From Balanoglossus misakiensis (Eukaryota > Animalia > Hemichordata), in NCBI GenBank assembly GCA_040954595.2, contig CM082580.2, positions 486,783 to 550,782 on the forward strand: 64,000 nucleotides of DNA, given 5' to 3'. Both the position numbers and the translations under genes were made by a program. This document shows, in pieces, positions 28,801 through 41,569 of this stretch (position 1 is its first letter; each line of letters begins with the position of its first letter). The notes beneath the pieces are model-generated. The model ran no database searches. It was not told the origin of the DNA and saw only the letters and a program-made list of their open reading frames with translations.

Positions 28801-31800
28801 ACCAAACACTCAAAATTAATGGGCAGCACACTGTCCACTATGGCCTGGTTACTGTGTGCTCTGGTTAATGTTGACGCAAAGGTTGACCCCACCAAACACT
28901 CAAAATTAATGGGCAGAACACTGTCCACTACGGCCTGGTTACTGTGTGCTCTGGTTAATGTTGACGCAAAGGTTGACCCCACCAAACACTCAAAATTAAT
29001 GGGCAGAACACTGTCCACTATGGCCTGGTTACTGTGTGCTCTGGTTAATGTTGACGCAAAGGTTGACCCCACCAAACACTCAAAATTAATGGGCAGAACA
29101 CTGTCCACTACGGCCTGGTTACTGTGTGCTCTGGTTAATGTTGACGCAAAGGTTGACCCCACCAAACACTCAAAACTAATGGGCAGAACACTGTCCACTA
29201 TGGCCTGGTTACTGTGTGCTCTGGTTAATGTTGACGCAAAGGTTGACCCCACCAAACACTCAAAATTAATGGGCAGAACACTGTCCACTACGGCCTGGTT
29301 ACTGTGTGCTCTGGTTAATGTTGACGCAAAGGTTGACCCCACCAAACACTCAAAATTAATGGGCAGAACACTGTCCACTACGGCCTGGTTACTGTGTGCT
29401 CTGGTTAATGTTGACGCAAAGGTTGACCCCACCAAACACTCAAAATTAATGGGCAGAACACTGTCCACTATGGCCTGGTTACTGTGTGCTCTGGTTAATG
29501 TTGACGCAAAGGTTGACCCCACCAAACACTCAAAATTAATGGGCAGCACACTGTCCACTATGGCCTGGTTACTGTGTGCTCTGGTTAATGTTGACGCAAA
29601 GGTTGACCCCACCAAACACTCAAAATTAATGGGCAGAACACTGTCCACTACGGCCTGGTTACTGTGTGCTCTGGTTAATGTTGACGCAAAGGTTGACCCC
29701 ACCAAACACTCAAAATTAATGGGCAGAACACTGTCCACTACGGCCTGGTTACTGTGTGCTCTGGTTAATGTTGACGCAAAGGTTGACCCCACCAAACACT
29801 CAAAATTAATGGGCAGAACACTGTCCACTACGGCCTGGTTACTGTGTGCTCTGGTTAATGTTGACGCAAAGGTTGACCCCACCAAACACTCAAAATTAAT
29901 GGGCAGAACACTGTCCACTATGGCCTGGTTACTGTGTGCTCTGGTTAATGTTGACGCAAAGGTTGACCCCACCAAACACTCAAAATTAATGGGCAGAACA
30001 CTGTCCACTACGGCCTGGTTACTGTGTGCTCTGGTTAATGTTGACGCAAAGGTTGACCCCACCAAACACTCAAAATTAATGGGCAGCACACTGTCCACTA
30101 TGGCCTGGTTACTGTGTGCTCTGGTTAATGTTGACGCAAAGGTTGACCCCACCAAACACTCAAAATTAATGGGCAGAACACTGTCCACTACGGCCTGGTT
30201 ACTGTGTGCTCTGGTTAATGTTGACGCAAAGGTTGACCCCACCAAACACTCAAAATTAATGGGCAGAACACTGTCCACTATGGCCTGGTTACTGTGCGCT
30301 CTGGTTAATGTTGACGCAAAGGTTGACCCCACCAAACACTCAAAATTAATGGGCAGAACACTGTCCACTACGGCCTGGTTACTGTGTGCTCTGGTTAATG
30401 TTGACGCAAAGGTTGACCCCACCAAACACTCAAAATTAATGGGCAGAACACTGTCCACTACGGCCTGGTTACTGTGTGCTCTGGTTAATGTTGACGCAAA
30501 GGTTGACCCCACCAAACACTCAAAATTAATGGGCAGAACACTGTCCACTATGGCCTGGTTACTGTGTGCTCTGGTTAATGTTGACGCAAAGGTTGACCCC
30601 ACCAAACACTCAAAATTAATGGGCAGCACACTGTCCACTATGGCCTGGTTACTGTGTGCTCTGGTTAATGTTGACGCAAAGGTTGACCCCACCAAACACT
30701 CAAAATTAATGGGCAGAACACTGTCCACTACGGCCTGGTTACTGTGTGCTCTGGTTAATGTTGACGCAAAGGTTGACCCCACCAAACACTCAAAATTAAT
30801 GGGCACGATACTGGCCACTCTGGCCTAGTTAATGTTGACGCAAAGGTTGACCCCACCAAACACTCAAAATTAATGGGCACGATACTGGCCACTCTGGCCT
30901 AGTTAATGTTGACGCAAAGGTTGACCCCACCAAACACTCAAAATTAATGGGCACGATACTGGCCACTCTGGCCTAGTTAATGTTGACGCAAAGGTTGACC
31001 CCACCAAACACTCAAAATTAATGGGCAGAACACTGTCCACTACGGCCTGGTTACTGTGTGCTCTGGTTAATGTTGACGCAAAGGTTGACCCCACCAAACA
31101 CTCAAAATTAATGGGCAGAACACTGTCCACTACGGCCTGGTTACTGTGTGCTCTGGTTAATGTTGACGCAAAGGTTGACCCCACCAAACACTCAAAATTA
31201 ATGGGCAGAACACTGTCCACTACGGCCTGGTTACTGTGTGCTCTGGTTAATGTTGACGCAAAGGTTGACCCCACCAAACACTCAAAATTAATGGGCAGCA
31301 CACTGTCCACTATGGCCTGGTTACTGTGTGCTCTGGTTAATGTTGACGCAAAGGTTGACCCCACCAAACACTCAAAATTAATGGGCAGAACACTGTCCAC
31401 TACGGCCTGGTTACTGTGTGCTCTGGTTAATGTTGACGCAAAGGTTGACCCCCATCAAACACTCAAAATTAATGGGCACGATACTGGCCACTCTGGCCTG
31501 GTTACTGTGTGCTCTGGTTAATGTTGACGCAAAGGTTGACCCCACCAAACACTCAAAATTAATGGGCAGAACACTGTCCACTACGGCCTGGTTACTGTGT
31601 GCTCTGGTTAATGTTGACGCAAAGGTTGACCCCACCAAACACTCAAAATTAATGGGCAGAACACTGTCCACTATGGCCTGGTTACTGTGTGCTCTGGTTA
31701 ATGTTGACGCAAAGGTTGACCCCACCAAACACTCAAAATTAATGGGCAGAACACTGTCCACTACGGCCTGGTTACTGTGTGCTCTGGTTAATGTTGACGC

Positions 31801-34217
31801 AAAGGTTGACCCCACCAAACACTCAAAATTAATGGGCAGCACACTGTCCACTATGGCCTGGTACCTGTGTGCTCTGGTTAATGTTGACGCAAAGGTTGAC
31901 CCCACCAAACACTCAAAATTAATGGGCAGAACACTGTCCACTACGGCCTGGTTACTGTGTGCTCTGGTTAATGTTGACGCAAAGGTTGACCCCACCAAAC
32001 ACTCAAAATTAATGGGCAGAACACTGTCCACTACGGCCTGGTTACTGTGTGCTCTGGTTAATGTTGACGCAAAGGTTGACCCCACCAAACACTCAAAATT
32101 AATGGGCAGCACACTGTCCACTATGGCCTGGTTACTGTGTGCTCTGGTTAATGTTGACGCAAAGGTTGACCCCACCAAACACTCGAAATTAATGGGCAGA
32201 ACACTGTCCACTACGGCCTGGTTACTGTGTGCTCTGGTTAATGTTGACGCAAAGGTTGACCCCCATCAAACACTCAAAATTAATGGGCACGATACTGGCC
32301 ACTCTGGCCTGGTTACTGTGTGCTCTGGTTAATGTTGACGCAAAGGTTGACCCCACCAAACACTCAAAATTAATGGGCAGAACACTGTCCACTACGGCCT
32401 GGTTACTGTGTGCTCTGGTTAATGTTGACGCAAAGGTTGACCCCACCAAACACTCAAAATTAATGGGCAGAACACTGTCCACTATGGCCTGGTTACTGTG
32501 TGCTCTGGTTAATGTTGACGCAAAGGTTGACCCCACCAAACACTCAAAATTAATGGGCAGAACACTGTCCACTACGGCCTGGTTACTGTGTGCTCTGGTT
32601 AATGTTGACGCAAAGGTTGACCCCACCAAACACTCAAAATTAATGGGCAGCACACTGTCCACTATGGCCTGGTTACTGTGTGCTCTGGTTAATGTTGACG
32701 CAAAGGTTGACCCCACCAAACACTCAAAATTAATGGGCAGAACACTGTCCACTAAGGCCTGGTTACTGTGTGCTCTGGTTAATGTTGACGCAAAGGTTGA
32801 CCCCACCAAACACTCAAAATTAATGGGCAGAACACTGTCCACTACGGCCTGGTTACTGTGTGCTCTGGTTAATGTTGACGCAAAGGTTGACCCCACCAAA
32901 CACTCAAAATTAATGGGCAGAACACTGTCCACTACGGCCTGGTTACTGTGTGCTCTGGTTAATGTTGACGCAAAGGTTGACCCCACCAAACACTCAAAAT
33001 TAATGGGCAGCACACTGTCCACTATGGCCTGGTTACTGTGTGCTCTGGTTAATGGTGACGCAAAGGTTGACCCCACCAAACACTCAAAATTAATGGGCAG
33101 AACACTGTCCACTACGGCCTGGTTACTGTGTGCTCTGGTTAATGTTGACGCAAAGGTTGACCCCCACCAAACACTCAAAATTAATGGGCACGATACTGGC
33201 CACTCTGGCCTAGTTAATGTTGACGCAAAGGTTGACCCCACCAAACACTCAAAATTAATGGGCACGATACTGGCCACTCTGGCCTAGTTAATGTTGACGC
33301 AAAGGTTGACCCCACCAAACACTCAAAATTAATGGGCACGATACTGGCCACTCTGGCCTAGTTAATGTTGACGCAAAGGTTGACCCCACCAAACACTCAA
33401 AATTAATGGGCACGATACTGGCCACTCTGGCCTAGTTAATGTTGACGCAAAGGTTGACCCCACCAAACACTCAAAATTAATGGGCAGAACACTGTCCACT
33501 ACGGCCTGGTTACTGTGTGCTCTGGTTAATGTTGACGCAAAGGTTGACCCCACCAAACACTCAAAATTAATGGGCAGAACACTGTCCACTACGGCCTGGT
33601 TACTGTGTGCTCTGGTTAATGTTGACGCAAAGGTTGACCCCACCAAACACTCAAAATTAATGGGCAGAACACTGTCCACTACGGCCTGGTTACTGTGTGC
33701 TCTGGTTAATGTTGACGCAAAGGTTGACCCCACCAAACACTCAAAATTAATGGGCAGCACACTGTCCACTATGGCCTGGTTACTGTGTGCTCTGGTTAAT
33801 GTTGACGCAAAGGTTGACCCCACCAAACACTCAAAATTAATGGGCAGAACACTGTCCACTACGGCCTGGTTACTGTGTGCTCTGGTTAATGTTGACGCAA
33901 AGGTTGACCCCCATCAAACACTCAAAATTAATGGGCACGATACTGGCCACTCTGGCCTGGTTACTGTGTGCTCTGGTTAATGTTAATGGTAGGTCGTGGC
34001 TGTCTCATTTCAGGGATTTGTGGACTAAATGTCAATCTTTGTACTATTCGTACATGAAACTTTTCTTTCAAATACAACTTACAGACCAACATAGACAGTC
34101 ATGCTTATATAAGTATGACTATCTATTAAAGTAACATTCATATCATGATTGTTGTTTTACACTGTGTTTTCAAAGTAATTGTTGCAGTAAACCAATTGCC
34201 TTGCTTGGAAATATTAA

Positions 34218-34324
34218 AAGGGAAGTCCTGTCCAGCTGATTTATGCATAATTTCTACACAATGTTTTTTTCTGAAAGAATGACCTCAAAGCTACCCAATT
34301 ATGTAGCTGAACCGGACTTCCCCT
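34218..34324. mobile_element. Short TTAA-flanked MITE (Kolobok-like)
   Basis: TTAA-AAGGGAAGTCC...GGACTTCCCCT-TTAA; a related right half lies at ~37880-37957. Confidence 0.6.
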
Positions 34325-34625
34325 TTAAATGCTACCAGTGAGCTTGTTTGTCTTTGTAAATACACTCAAGTATTAATCCCCTTTTTCTCAGAATTCAATG
34401 CATCTTCATGCCATGAGGTGAGAGGACACTTTTGTTAGCAGGAGGGAAACAAATCCAAAATAAATAATAACAGTGCAAAGTTGGTCTGCTGACTTTCTCC
34501 ACATTTCATTATTGAATTACGGCAAAATTATGAAATCCAATTATGAAATTCAGCTTTTTGTCCACTTTTTGTTGCTGCAAATTCATTGCGGTATAAAGGT
34601 CAATAATATGACAAATCTTGGTTAA

Positions 34626-34810
34626 AAGTATACAGTCACCTTCAATACACATTCCCATATATGGCTGAATGGCGTATTTGAGCATTCTAAAGAACATATG
34701 GTGGCGCCTGTTTTCCACGTGTGCCACCAAATGAAAATCTGTGATTGGCTAGATTTCAATTTTCCATGGTAACTATATATAGCTAATTTTCCATGGGTGA
34801 TCATATACCT
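34626..34810. mobile_element. TTAA-flanked MITE (Kolobok-like)
   Basis: TTAA-AAGTATACAGTCACC...GGTGATCATATACCT-TTAA, imperfect TIRs. Confidence 0.5.
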
Positions 34811-34839
34811 TTAACTCTATAGTTTAACATGATACTTAC

Positions 34840-35025
34840 GAACACATGATTGGTTAAAAGTGTAGACATCATACATTGAGAGACCAGTTTCTCCAGGTGG
34901 CAGATAGAATCCACCTGTGCCGTTATTTGCATATAAGAGATAGCCTTCTTCACAGGAACATTGAAAACCACCTGCAGTGTTTTTACAAAGTTTATCACAA
35001 GAATGTGAAGCACATTCATTTATAT
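34840..35025 (-). CDS. Exon: calcium-binding EGF domain with Uninflatable-type insertion
   Basis: tttgtag|AT ATA AAT GAA TGT..TGT GTT C|gtaagt; 186 bp, phase 1-1; DINECASHSCDKLCKNTAGGFQCSCEEGYLLYANNGTGGFYLPPGETGLSMYDVYTFNQSCV. The ORF track misses this frame. Confidence 0.9.
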
Positions 35026-35546
35026 CTACAAAGAAGGAACATGGATTGGATTAAAACAATGTACGTTCAGTAAAATTGAAAGTATTGTCATTTCTTTTAA
35101 TCGTGAATTTTGGGATTATCTTGTGTACGTACAAGATGAATCTGTGATAAAATAAAGGCGTCACCTTGCTTGCTTTTGAAATACAAGGCCATTAATTTAG
35201 TTGATAATAGAAGAAACCTGCTGACTCAGCATGGTTCACCAATGGTTTGTCTATGGACAAAAACCTTAAAGAAATTTATCTCAAAATAGAGCATTGTAAT
35301 CACACAATTTTATTTGACCAATGAATTTATATTTACTAGACTGAGCTATGTGTAAAATTTCGTGAAAATGACAATAGTAGAAGTTTGTTTTCTAGCAATT
35401 ATCAATGTAATCCTATGAGAAAAAGACACCTGAGATTAAAAGGTCATTCCAAAAATTTATCCGGAATTCTGAAATAAGTTCGGAATGTGTTAAATGTGAA
35501 AATAGTGACTTGAAGTTATGTTGCAAGTGACTTGATTATGTCTCAC

Positions 35547-35675
35547 CTTTGCATGCTGTTCTATTCACATCTGGTTCAAATCCCACCAAACATGCACACT
35601 GATAGTCACCATCTCTATTTTCACAGACTTGATTGATTCCACACCGTGCCACCAATGTACTACATTCATTGATAT
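35547..35675 (-). CDS. Exon: calcium-binding EGF domain
   Basis: tttcag|AT ATC AAT GAA TGT..AAA G|gtgaga; 129 bp; DINECSTLVARCGINQVCENRDGDYQCACLVGFEPDVNRTACK. Confidence 0.9.
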
Positions 35676-36153
35676 CTGAAATGTTATTTATCAAGATATG
35701 ATCAAAATCCCACAGGTCCGCTGGTAAATTCAGACCAACAAGTTTAGCTGGGAACCACCAGACCAACAGGAAATTTTCACAAACAAATTTTCGCGAACTA
35801 TGCAAGAGCCAAAAAAAAAAAGACATTTTTGCGTAAAAAACTATTTTCAGTGATAACAATGTAGTGAAATACGAGAACATGAAAATTAATCGTCTCATAA
35901 CAGTTTCTGCTTTTGATATCGCAAAAAATTTCTTTGTCGCGAAAATTTCCTGTTTTACAGTAATCAATGAAAAATAAAATTACGAAAATCATGAAATTTC
36001 TGACAGCCATAGATTTGCATGGCATGAACTGTATGTCCTATCAGCATGTAGTTTAGGTGACATTTATGATAAATAGTCAAATTACTGGAGTGATCGATTA
36101 CGGTACCTCATAAGCAGACAACCACATGAAGACCAATCTTGATGTGAACTTAC

Positions 36154-36336
36154 CAATGCATGATGGTATTGCACTATTCCACTGTAAATCGGATTGACAA
36201 GTCAGGTAATCAGCACCATTTAATTCATAGCCAGCATTACAATAGAATGTGATGTTACTGCCCATATAATATGGTCCACTATCAGGGACAGCTTGTAGAT
36301 GTGGGTCTGTTATGAGTATATCACTGCAGTTCAATC
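36154..36336 (-). CDS. Exon: Sushi/CCP domain
   Basis: ttgcag|..|gtaagt; 183 bp; LNCSDIL..GSNITFYCNAGYELNGADYLTCQSDLQWNSAIPSCI. Confidence 0.9.
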
Positions 36337-36646
36337 CTGCAAGTAAAAAAAATAAAACACTATGTGGATGCAGACTTGATTGTGGTATATATATTGGGTA
36401 TCTGTATTCTGTCACAACTTTAACATTTTCACCCCAAGTTCCCACTATAAAAGTCCAGATACCATTGACTCCTTTTTTTCAATTATCGACTAAATTCATG
36501 ACTCTGTATTTCAAAAACAAGCGTGGTGACCCCTATATTTTATCACAAATTTTCATTATACATACATAGGATAATCCAAAAATTAACAATTAAAAGAAAT
36601 GACCATATTTTCAATTTTACTGAATGTACATCCTTAAATGACTTAC

Positions 36647-36829
36647 GTTGACAGTATCCTGGATCTCCAATCCATGATCCATCTTCACCACATGTAGAGA
36701 CAGTGTAGCCAGTCAGACTGTAGCCAGATGGACATGAGTAGGCAATGGTTGTTCCAAAAATCAATGAATCACCATTAACAATTTCATATGATAAGTAGTT
36801 GTCTACATTCGGTGGTGGACACTCGCGAG
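36647..36829 (-). CDS. Exon: Sushi/CCP domain
   Basis: aaacag|..|gtaagt; 183 bp; RECPPP..FGTTIAYSCPSGYSLTGYTVSTCGEDGSWIGDPGYCQ. Confidence 0.9.
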
Positions 36830-37130
36830 CTGTTTGGATAAGATGAACAGATAACATTACAAGTGTGTTAATACTAGGAAAATGGTTTAAAGGGACATGT
36901 AGCAGTAACCCTCACAATCCTGCATATTTTCAAGTTACCAGTGTCTGGTTTAACATTCAGTGTGTAATGTCCCAATTAGACACCCATGTGGAATGTAGCA
37001 ACCAGCACAAAGTGCCCCATCATAACGCTATGGAGAGAATTTCAACTTGAGTCAGTGATTTTTATGAAAACATGACAGTGAACACCCTGTGTTATACTTT
37101 GTTTTCAAAACGACTCATCACACACTTTAA

Positions 37131-37430
37131 AGCCTCTAGAGCTGCCAAATTTCACAATTTTTTTCTTTTCCACAGTAAAACCTTTCAAATCTATGGTGAT
37201 GCATACCACGATAGCTAGCTGCATACTGTTTGTATGGAGGCTGATTTTAATAAAATGGGTACGGCACCTGTTTAATACATTGCACGTTTAAATTGCAACA
37301 TACAGCCACAATCAGGCATTGATGACATGTTCTTGTATCCCTATCAGTAAGCTTAATTATTTCAATGTACCAATCTACGTCGGAAAATAAAATCTGAAAA
37401 TAAATGCAAAAAGTGGCAGCTCTAGTGGCT
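37131..37430. mobile_element. 300-bp TTAA-flanked MITE (Kolobok-like)
   Basis: TTAA-AGCCTCTAGAGCTGCCA...TGGCAGCTCTAGTGGCT-TTAA. Confidence 0.75.
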
Positions 37431-37533
37431 TTAAAGCACTGAAAGGTTCAGAGGACTAACATTTTTCTGAAAATCCGTCTCCTAAGTGTGCACTACAATG
37501 GCAGTTTAATTGTTTTCAAAAATATCAACTTAC

Positions 37534-37713
37534 GCTCGCATTGGGGCACAAGTGGACCCCAGACACCATCTGCTTGGCATTCCAATGAAGACACATTATT
37601 TATAAACTGATAGCCCTCAATGCATTGATAATAAGCAATGCCACCATACACTGTACTGGTAACATTGGTAAGAATTCCATTGCTGCACTCAGGGGGTCCA
37701 CCACATGTTATTC
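37534..37713 (-). CDS. Exon: Sushi/CCP domain
   Basis: ttttag|..|gtaagt; 180 bp; ITCGGPPECSNGILTNVTSTVYGGIAYYQCIEGYQFINNVSSLECQADGVWGPLVPQCE. Not in the ORF track. Confidence 0.9.
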
Positions 37714-37957
37714 CTAAAAAATAAACAACAAATTAGTGTCATTCAAGTTGTTGCTAACAATAGATTCAAGAGACAAATTAAGTCTCTCTCATCACTGCAC
37801 TTTTTTCATTAATTATCTTGGATACAAGACACCAGGCTAGGCATATTTGCATAGCTGGTACGACTTATACACGGCGAAAATGTTTTTTTTTCCTGAAAGA
37901 GTGACCTCAAAGCTACAAAATTATGTAGATATCAGCTAGACCGGACATCCCCTTTAA

Positions 37958-38058
37958 CTACTGGATAACCGTCCGAGCATTGGAATGAGACAGAGACATC
38001 ATACCTTCTATCTCTGTACTGGTCACCACGCCCTCACTAATCACAATTTCGGGACAGT
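37958..38058 (-). pseudogene. Broken exon: first half of a Sushi domain, frameshifted and cut off by a MITE end
   Basis: ctgacag|AC TGT CCC..: DCPEIVISEGVVTST, then in a shifted frame DRRYDVSVSFQCSDGYPV, running into TTAAAGGGGATGTCCGG (MITE terminus). No second half or donor site found. Confidence 0.65.
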
Positions 38059-38133
38059 CTGTCAGAACAAGGATCACAATGATAAGAATGCATGCAGACA
38101 AATACTTAAACTCATAAATGTCAGTTGTTTTAA

Positions 38134-38304
38134 AGTGAAGGGGTCTACGCAATGCGTTTGTTTATAAACATTACAATTCATCCACAAATCCCTCAAATAA
38201 GATAATTCTTAGAATTAGTAGGTCGTGGCTGTCTAATTTCAGGGATTTGTGGATGAATTGCAATGTTTATAAACAAACAAACGCAGTGCGACGACCCCAT
38301 CACT
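38134..38304. mobile_element. Foldback MITE
   Basis: Long imperfect inverted arms AGTGAAGGGGTC..TTTGTTTATAAACATT..CAATTCATCCACAAATCCCT / AGGGATTTGTGGATGAATTG..AATGTTTATAAACAAA..GACCCCATCACT. A fragment of the same family abuts the satellite at ~33988. Confidence 0.7.
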
Positions 38305-38521
38305 TTATTGAGTGTGATACAAGAGTGTTGCCATTCCAGTCAATGGTCCAAAATTGCATTGCAATTGTAAGAAATTACTGTCTCTGTTTTTCCAGCTCTT
38401 TGAAGTTTCGTAAAAATTCAAAAACATTTGCACCTTTCAATTAATGACTCTAAATCACAAGGAATAAAGGGAGAGTGTGTTTCTAAGAATTCTGTAACAA
38501 CTTTTTCTGAAATGTTAGTTA

Positions 38522-38728
38522 CTGTAAAACACTTTATTTTCGCGAGCAAGAGATTTTCGCGAAATACGCGAGAGCCAAAATAGCGTGAAAATAAAAAGTT
38601 GCGTAATTTTTTTGAAGATAAAGATGCAATGAATGAAATAAGAGAACGCGAAAATTAATACTGGCGAAACAGTGGCCTCTCTCGATGTCGCGAAAAATTT
38701 CAACTCGTGAAAATAAAGTGTTTTACAG
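38522..38728. mobile_element. Tc1/mariner-type MITE with TA TSD
   Basis: TA-CTGTAAAACACTTTATTTTCGCGAG...CTCGTGAAAATAAAGTGTTTTACAG-TA. Relatives at 38961-39155, 39202-39407, ~35765-35960 and ~44667-44706. Confidence 0.8.
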
Positions 38729-38737
38729 TATGTGTAC

Positions 38738-38921
38738 CTGGTGAAAATGAAGCCCTGAATCCTTTAGCTGGTCGTGTTCTACTACTCCTGAACACAACCG
38801 AAAAGTGTCCAATGTCTGTACGGCAATCGGGTGGTGGCACTGTGCCATCAATGACTCCATCAGAATTGCCACTCCATGGACCAATAATGACATCATCATC
38901 ACTCTCAGTACCATTGTATAC
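38738..38921 (-). CDS. Exon: C-terminal half of CUB domain 3
   Basis: ctgaag|GTA TAC AAT GGT..CCA G|gtacac; 184 bp, phase 0-1; VYNGTESDDDVIIGPWSG..FSVVFRSSRTRPAKGFRASFSP. Confidence 0.88.
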
Positions 38922-39201
38922 CTTCAGAAACAAAGACAAATTAAGCATGCATTGTAAATACCGTAAAACGGGAAATCTTCACAACAGGAAATTTTCGCGA
39001 TATCAAAGGTGGCTACTGTTACGCGACAATTAATTTTCACATTGGCATATTTTACTGCATTGTTATCTCTGAAGCATTTTAAGCGACTTTTTATTTTCAT
39101 ATTTTTTGGCTCTCACATAGTTTACGAAAATTTATCGTTCACGAAAATTTTATAGTATTCAATCCTTGTTGCATTTCCTGCTGTAACAGCTACTCAACAT
39201 A

Positions 39202-39407
39202 CTGTAAAATGGGAAATGTTCGCAAACAATAAATTTTCGCGATCTACGTGAGAGCCATCAAAACATGAAAATAAAAAGTTGCGTAAAAATGTTTTTCGGG
39301 GATAATGATGCAGTGAAATACAAGAACGTGAAAAGTTATTGTTGCATAACACTTGCCTCTTTTGATAACGCGAAAATTTCATGTTGCAAAAGTATCCCGT
39401 TTTACAG
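39202..39407. mobile_element. Tc1/mariner-type MITE with TA TSD
   Basis: TA-CTGTAAAATGGGA...TCCCGTTTTACAG-TA. Confidence 0.75.
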
Positions 39408-39541
39408 TATATATGTGATTAATTAAATTTCCAAATTGTGTTCCAAAGTTGTATAGTTTGAAGTAATGTCTGCCAAAATTGTCAAACTAAAATCACTGCA
39501 AAATAATATGACAAATTTTTTAATATGACAAATATTTTTAA

Positions 39542-41532
39542 AGAGCCTATCTTACCTCGAAACACACTTTTGAGGATAAATAATAATTGGGCTTGTGTGT
39601 TAAATGCTGGTGTCCTTTTACTTATTTCATGTGGATAAATAAATGTTAAATTTAAAAATGTTCAGGGCCTGAGAAAAAAGTTCTGTTTTGGCCACGCCCA
39701 TTTCCGTGACGTCACAAGAGGAACCATTTACGTTTGCAACAGACTTAGCACTGTACATTGCAGTGGTTGAATTGCAACCATACATGCCTGTGATCTAAAC
39801 GGCTTTGCTGTGTCTGCCTGGGTACAACTCTGTATCCCCCGTACCCTTCAAAATAAACGTACATATGTCTACCTTATCATCTAGGGGAGATGCGATTATG
39901 AAAAAAAAAACTCGGCCCGGTTAGGCTACGGCTTCGCATTGCAAGCAGTACACAACATGCAATGGCAGCGGATGTGTATAGGCACCTTAAGCTTACACAT
40001 ACAATGATTGCTGCCTCGATTAAACCGTCGAATATTGCCCAGAGGTTTAGGTCTAGAGTGTTGGGACTAAATCTACTTATCTTGGACAATGTCAACTTAT
40101 TGATAACTGATCGTGGTCTTTTTGGCGATTTTCAATGACTGCCTTAACAGACAAAATACGCGTGTGTTATTGTACAAGGTCAAGGGGACTCCATCAGCGC
40201 CGATCGGCAGCGATGACACATATCGCGCCGCGATGTATATTTACTACCAGCACTAAAATTCTGTCTTTTGAATTACATGTAAGCTATGCCTTTTTGGTGA
40301 TGACAAACAGAAACATTTATGACTTGTCGCTGTAATCATGGAAGTACCTTGACATGCTTCATACTGCATTATAACAAAATGAAACCATACAACCAACAGC
40401 AACAGGCGATCATGCCAGGCCGACCCACTCACGCTCACAAAGCATGAAACATTTTCATTGATACACACGAATATCTAAGTTTGGAAACAGTTTTCACTCA
40501 CACGAGGCAAAATTTATTCAACATATTTTGTTTCAAAATTTGTACAGTGTGTTTTGGAGCCGATGAGTCGGACATAGCGCGACGTAAAACTTGTAAACAA
40601 AGAAATTAGAAAAGAAAGATGGCGACCATTCAGCCGAAGCCATACAAAGGTACGACTGAAAAAAAACGTGAAATAGTAACGGTAATATTTTGAACGTTCA
40701 AGTTTTTACATCGATTGCTGTCAACCTTAATTATCGTAGTTTGCGGTCACTGGGTACCGGTTAGCCAGACGGAAGCGTGAATAATAATAAACAATCTCAA
40801 CATGATGTCGGCCAACGCAAAATTGTGTTTACGCATCCTGCCAGTTCACCTACTACATGTACTACAGTACTGTGTAAATCGCGGTCGCTGGAACATTGTA
40901 TGAACACCAATACCGGGTATAAACGATCTGTTGGTCGACCTCTCCTGCTGACAGGCTTCTATTTTCCTGTATGGGTGGGGATTGTCTTCTCGTGATTCGA
41001 ACCTGGCCGATTATCGTTCAACCATGGTTCAACGGTCATGCATTGACAGTTACGGCATGCGCAAAGAACACAAGCGGATACTATTCTACGGCGGATAAAA
41101 TAATTCATGAGACCGGCTTCATATCCACCGTACGATGTTGATGATCGTGGCATAGACTTTCATTCGTTTTTGTGGAACTCACACGGGTGACTCCCGTCTA
41201 GGTAATGTGTTGCTGCAACCACGGCAAACAACTCCTTTCCCCATTGTGGTATTACACAGAAAAGCACGAAAACACCGTATGACACCTGTGAGCATCGCTA
41301 AAGCTGGTCTACCTGACCGGTTCCTCTTGTGACGTCACGTCACGTGACCAAAATGCAGCAAATCTGAACTCGGACTTTTCAGGACGGGGTGGATTTTGAA
41401 GCATTTTATGAGAACAAAACAAATATTATAGAAATCGATACCCGAAAAATATTGTCACTTTTGGAAAATAGTATATTTCTTTTGAACATTTTTTAACCTT
41501 CTGATAAGATTTAAAAAGGCAAGATATGCTCT
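39542..41532. mobile_element. ~2-kb non-autonomous Kolobok-like DNA transposon
   Basis: TTAA flanks; TIRs AGAGCCTATCTTACCT / AGGCAAGATATGCTCT (14/16); perfect 21-bp subterminal inverted repeat CGTGACGTCACAAGAGGAACC at 39705-39725 and 41319-41339; CpG-rich interior. Confidence 0.8.
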
Positions 41533-41569
41533 TTAACATGGCTGACTCATGATCATATCTGATACTCAC

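Larger units (their letters stand above)
4311..33985. repeat. Satellite array: 90-bp monomer plus 74/75-bp deletion variant, roughly 300 monomers, with higher-order structure
   Basis: Monomer TTAATGTTGACGCAAAGGTTGACCCCACCAAACACTCAAAATTAATGGGCAGAACACTGTCCACTACGGCCTGGTTACTGTGTGCTCTGG repeats with a 90-bp period. The variant ending ...GGGCACGATACTGGCCACTCTGGCCTAG has a 74-bp period (e.g. 8307 to 8381). Confidence 0.98.

Noticed and set aside
4321-33980. Very long ORFs (up to 1665 aa) on both strands made of a 30-aa repeat
   Set aside because: A 90-bp monomer that lacks stops in one frame per strand produces these automatically. Frames are broken freely by 74/75-bp monomers, single-base indels and MITEs, and there is no splice or domain context.
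4311-33985. CRISPR-like repeat/spacer array
   Set aside because: There are no unique spacers and no cas genes, and the context is eukaryotic; this is a plain tandem satellite.
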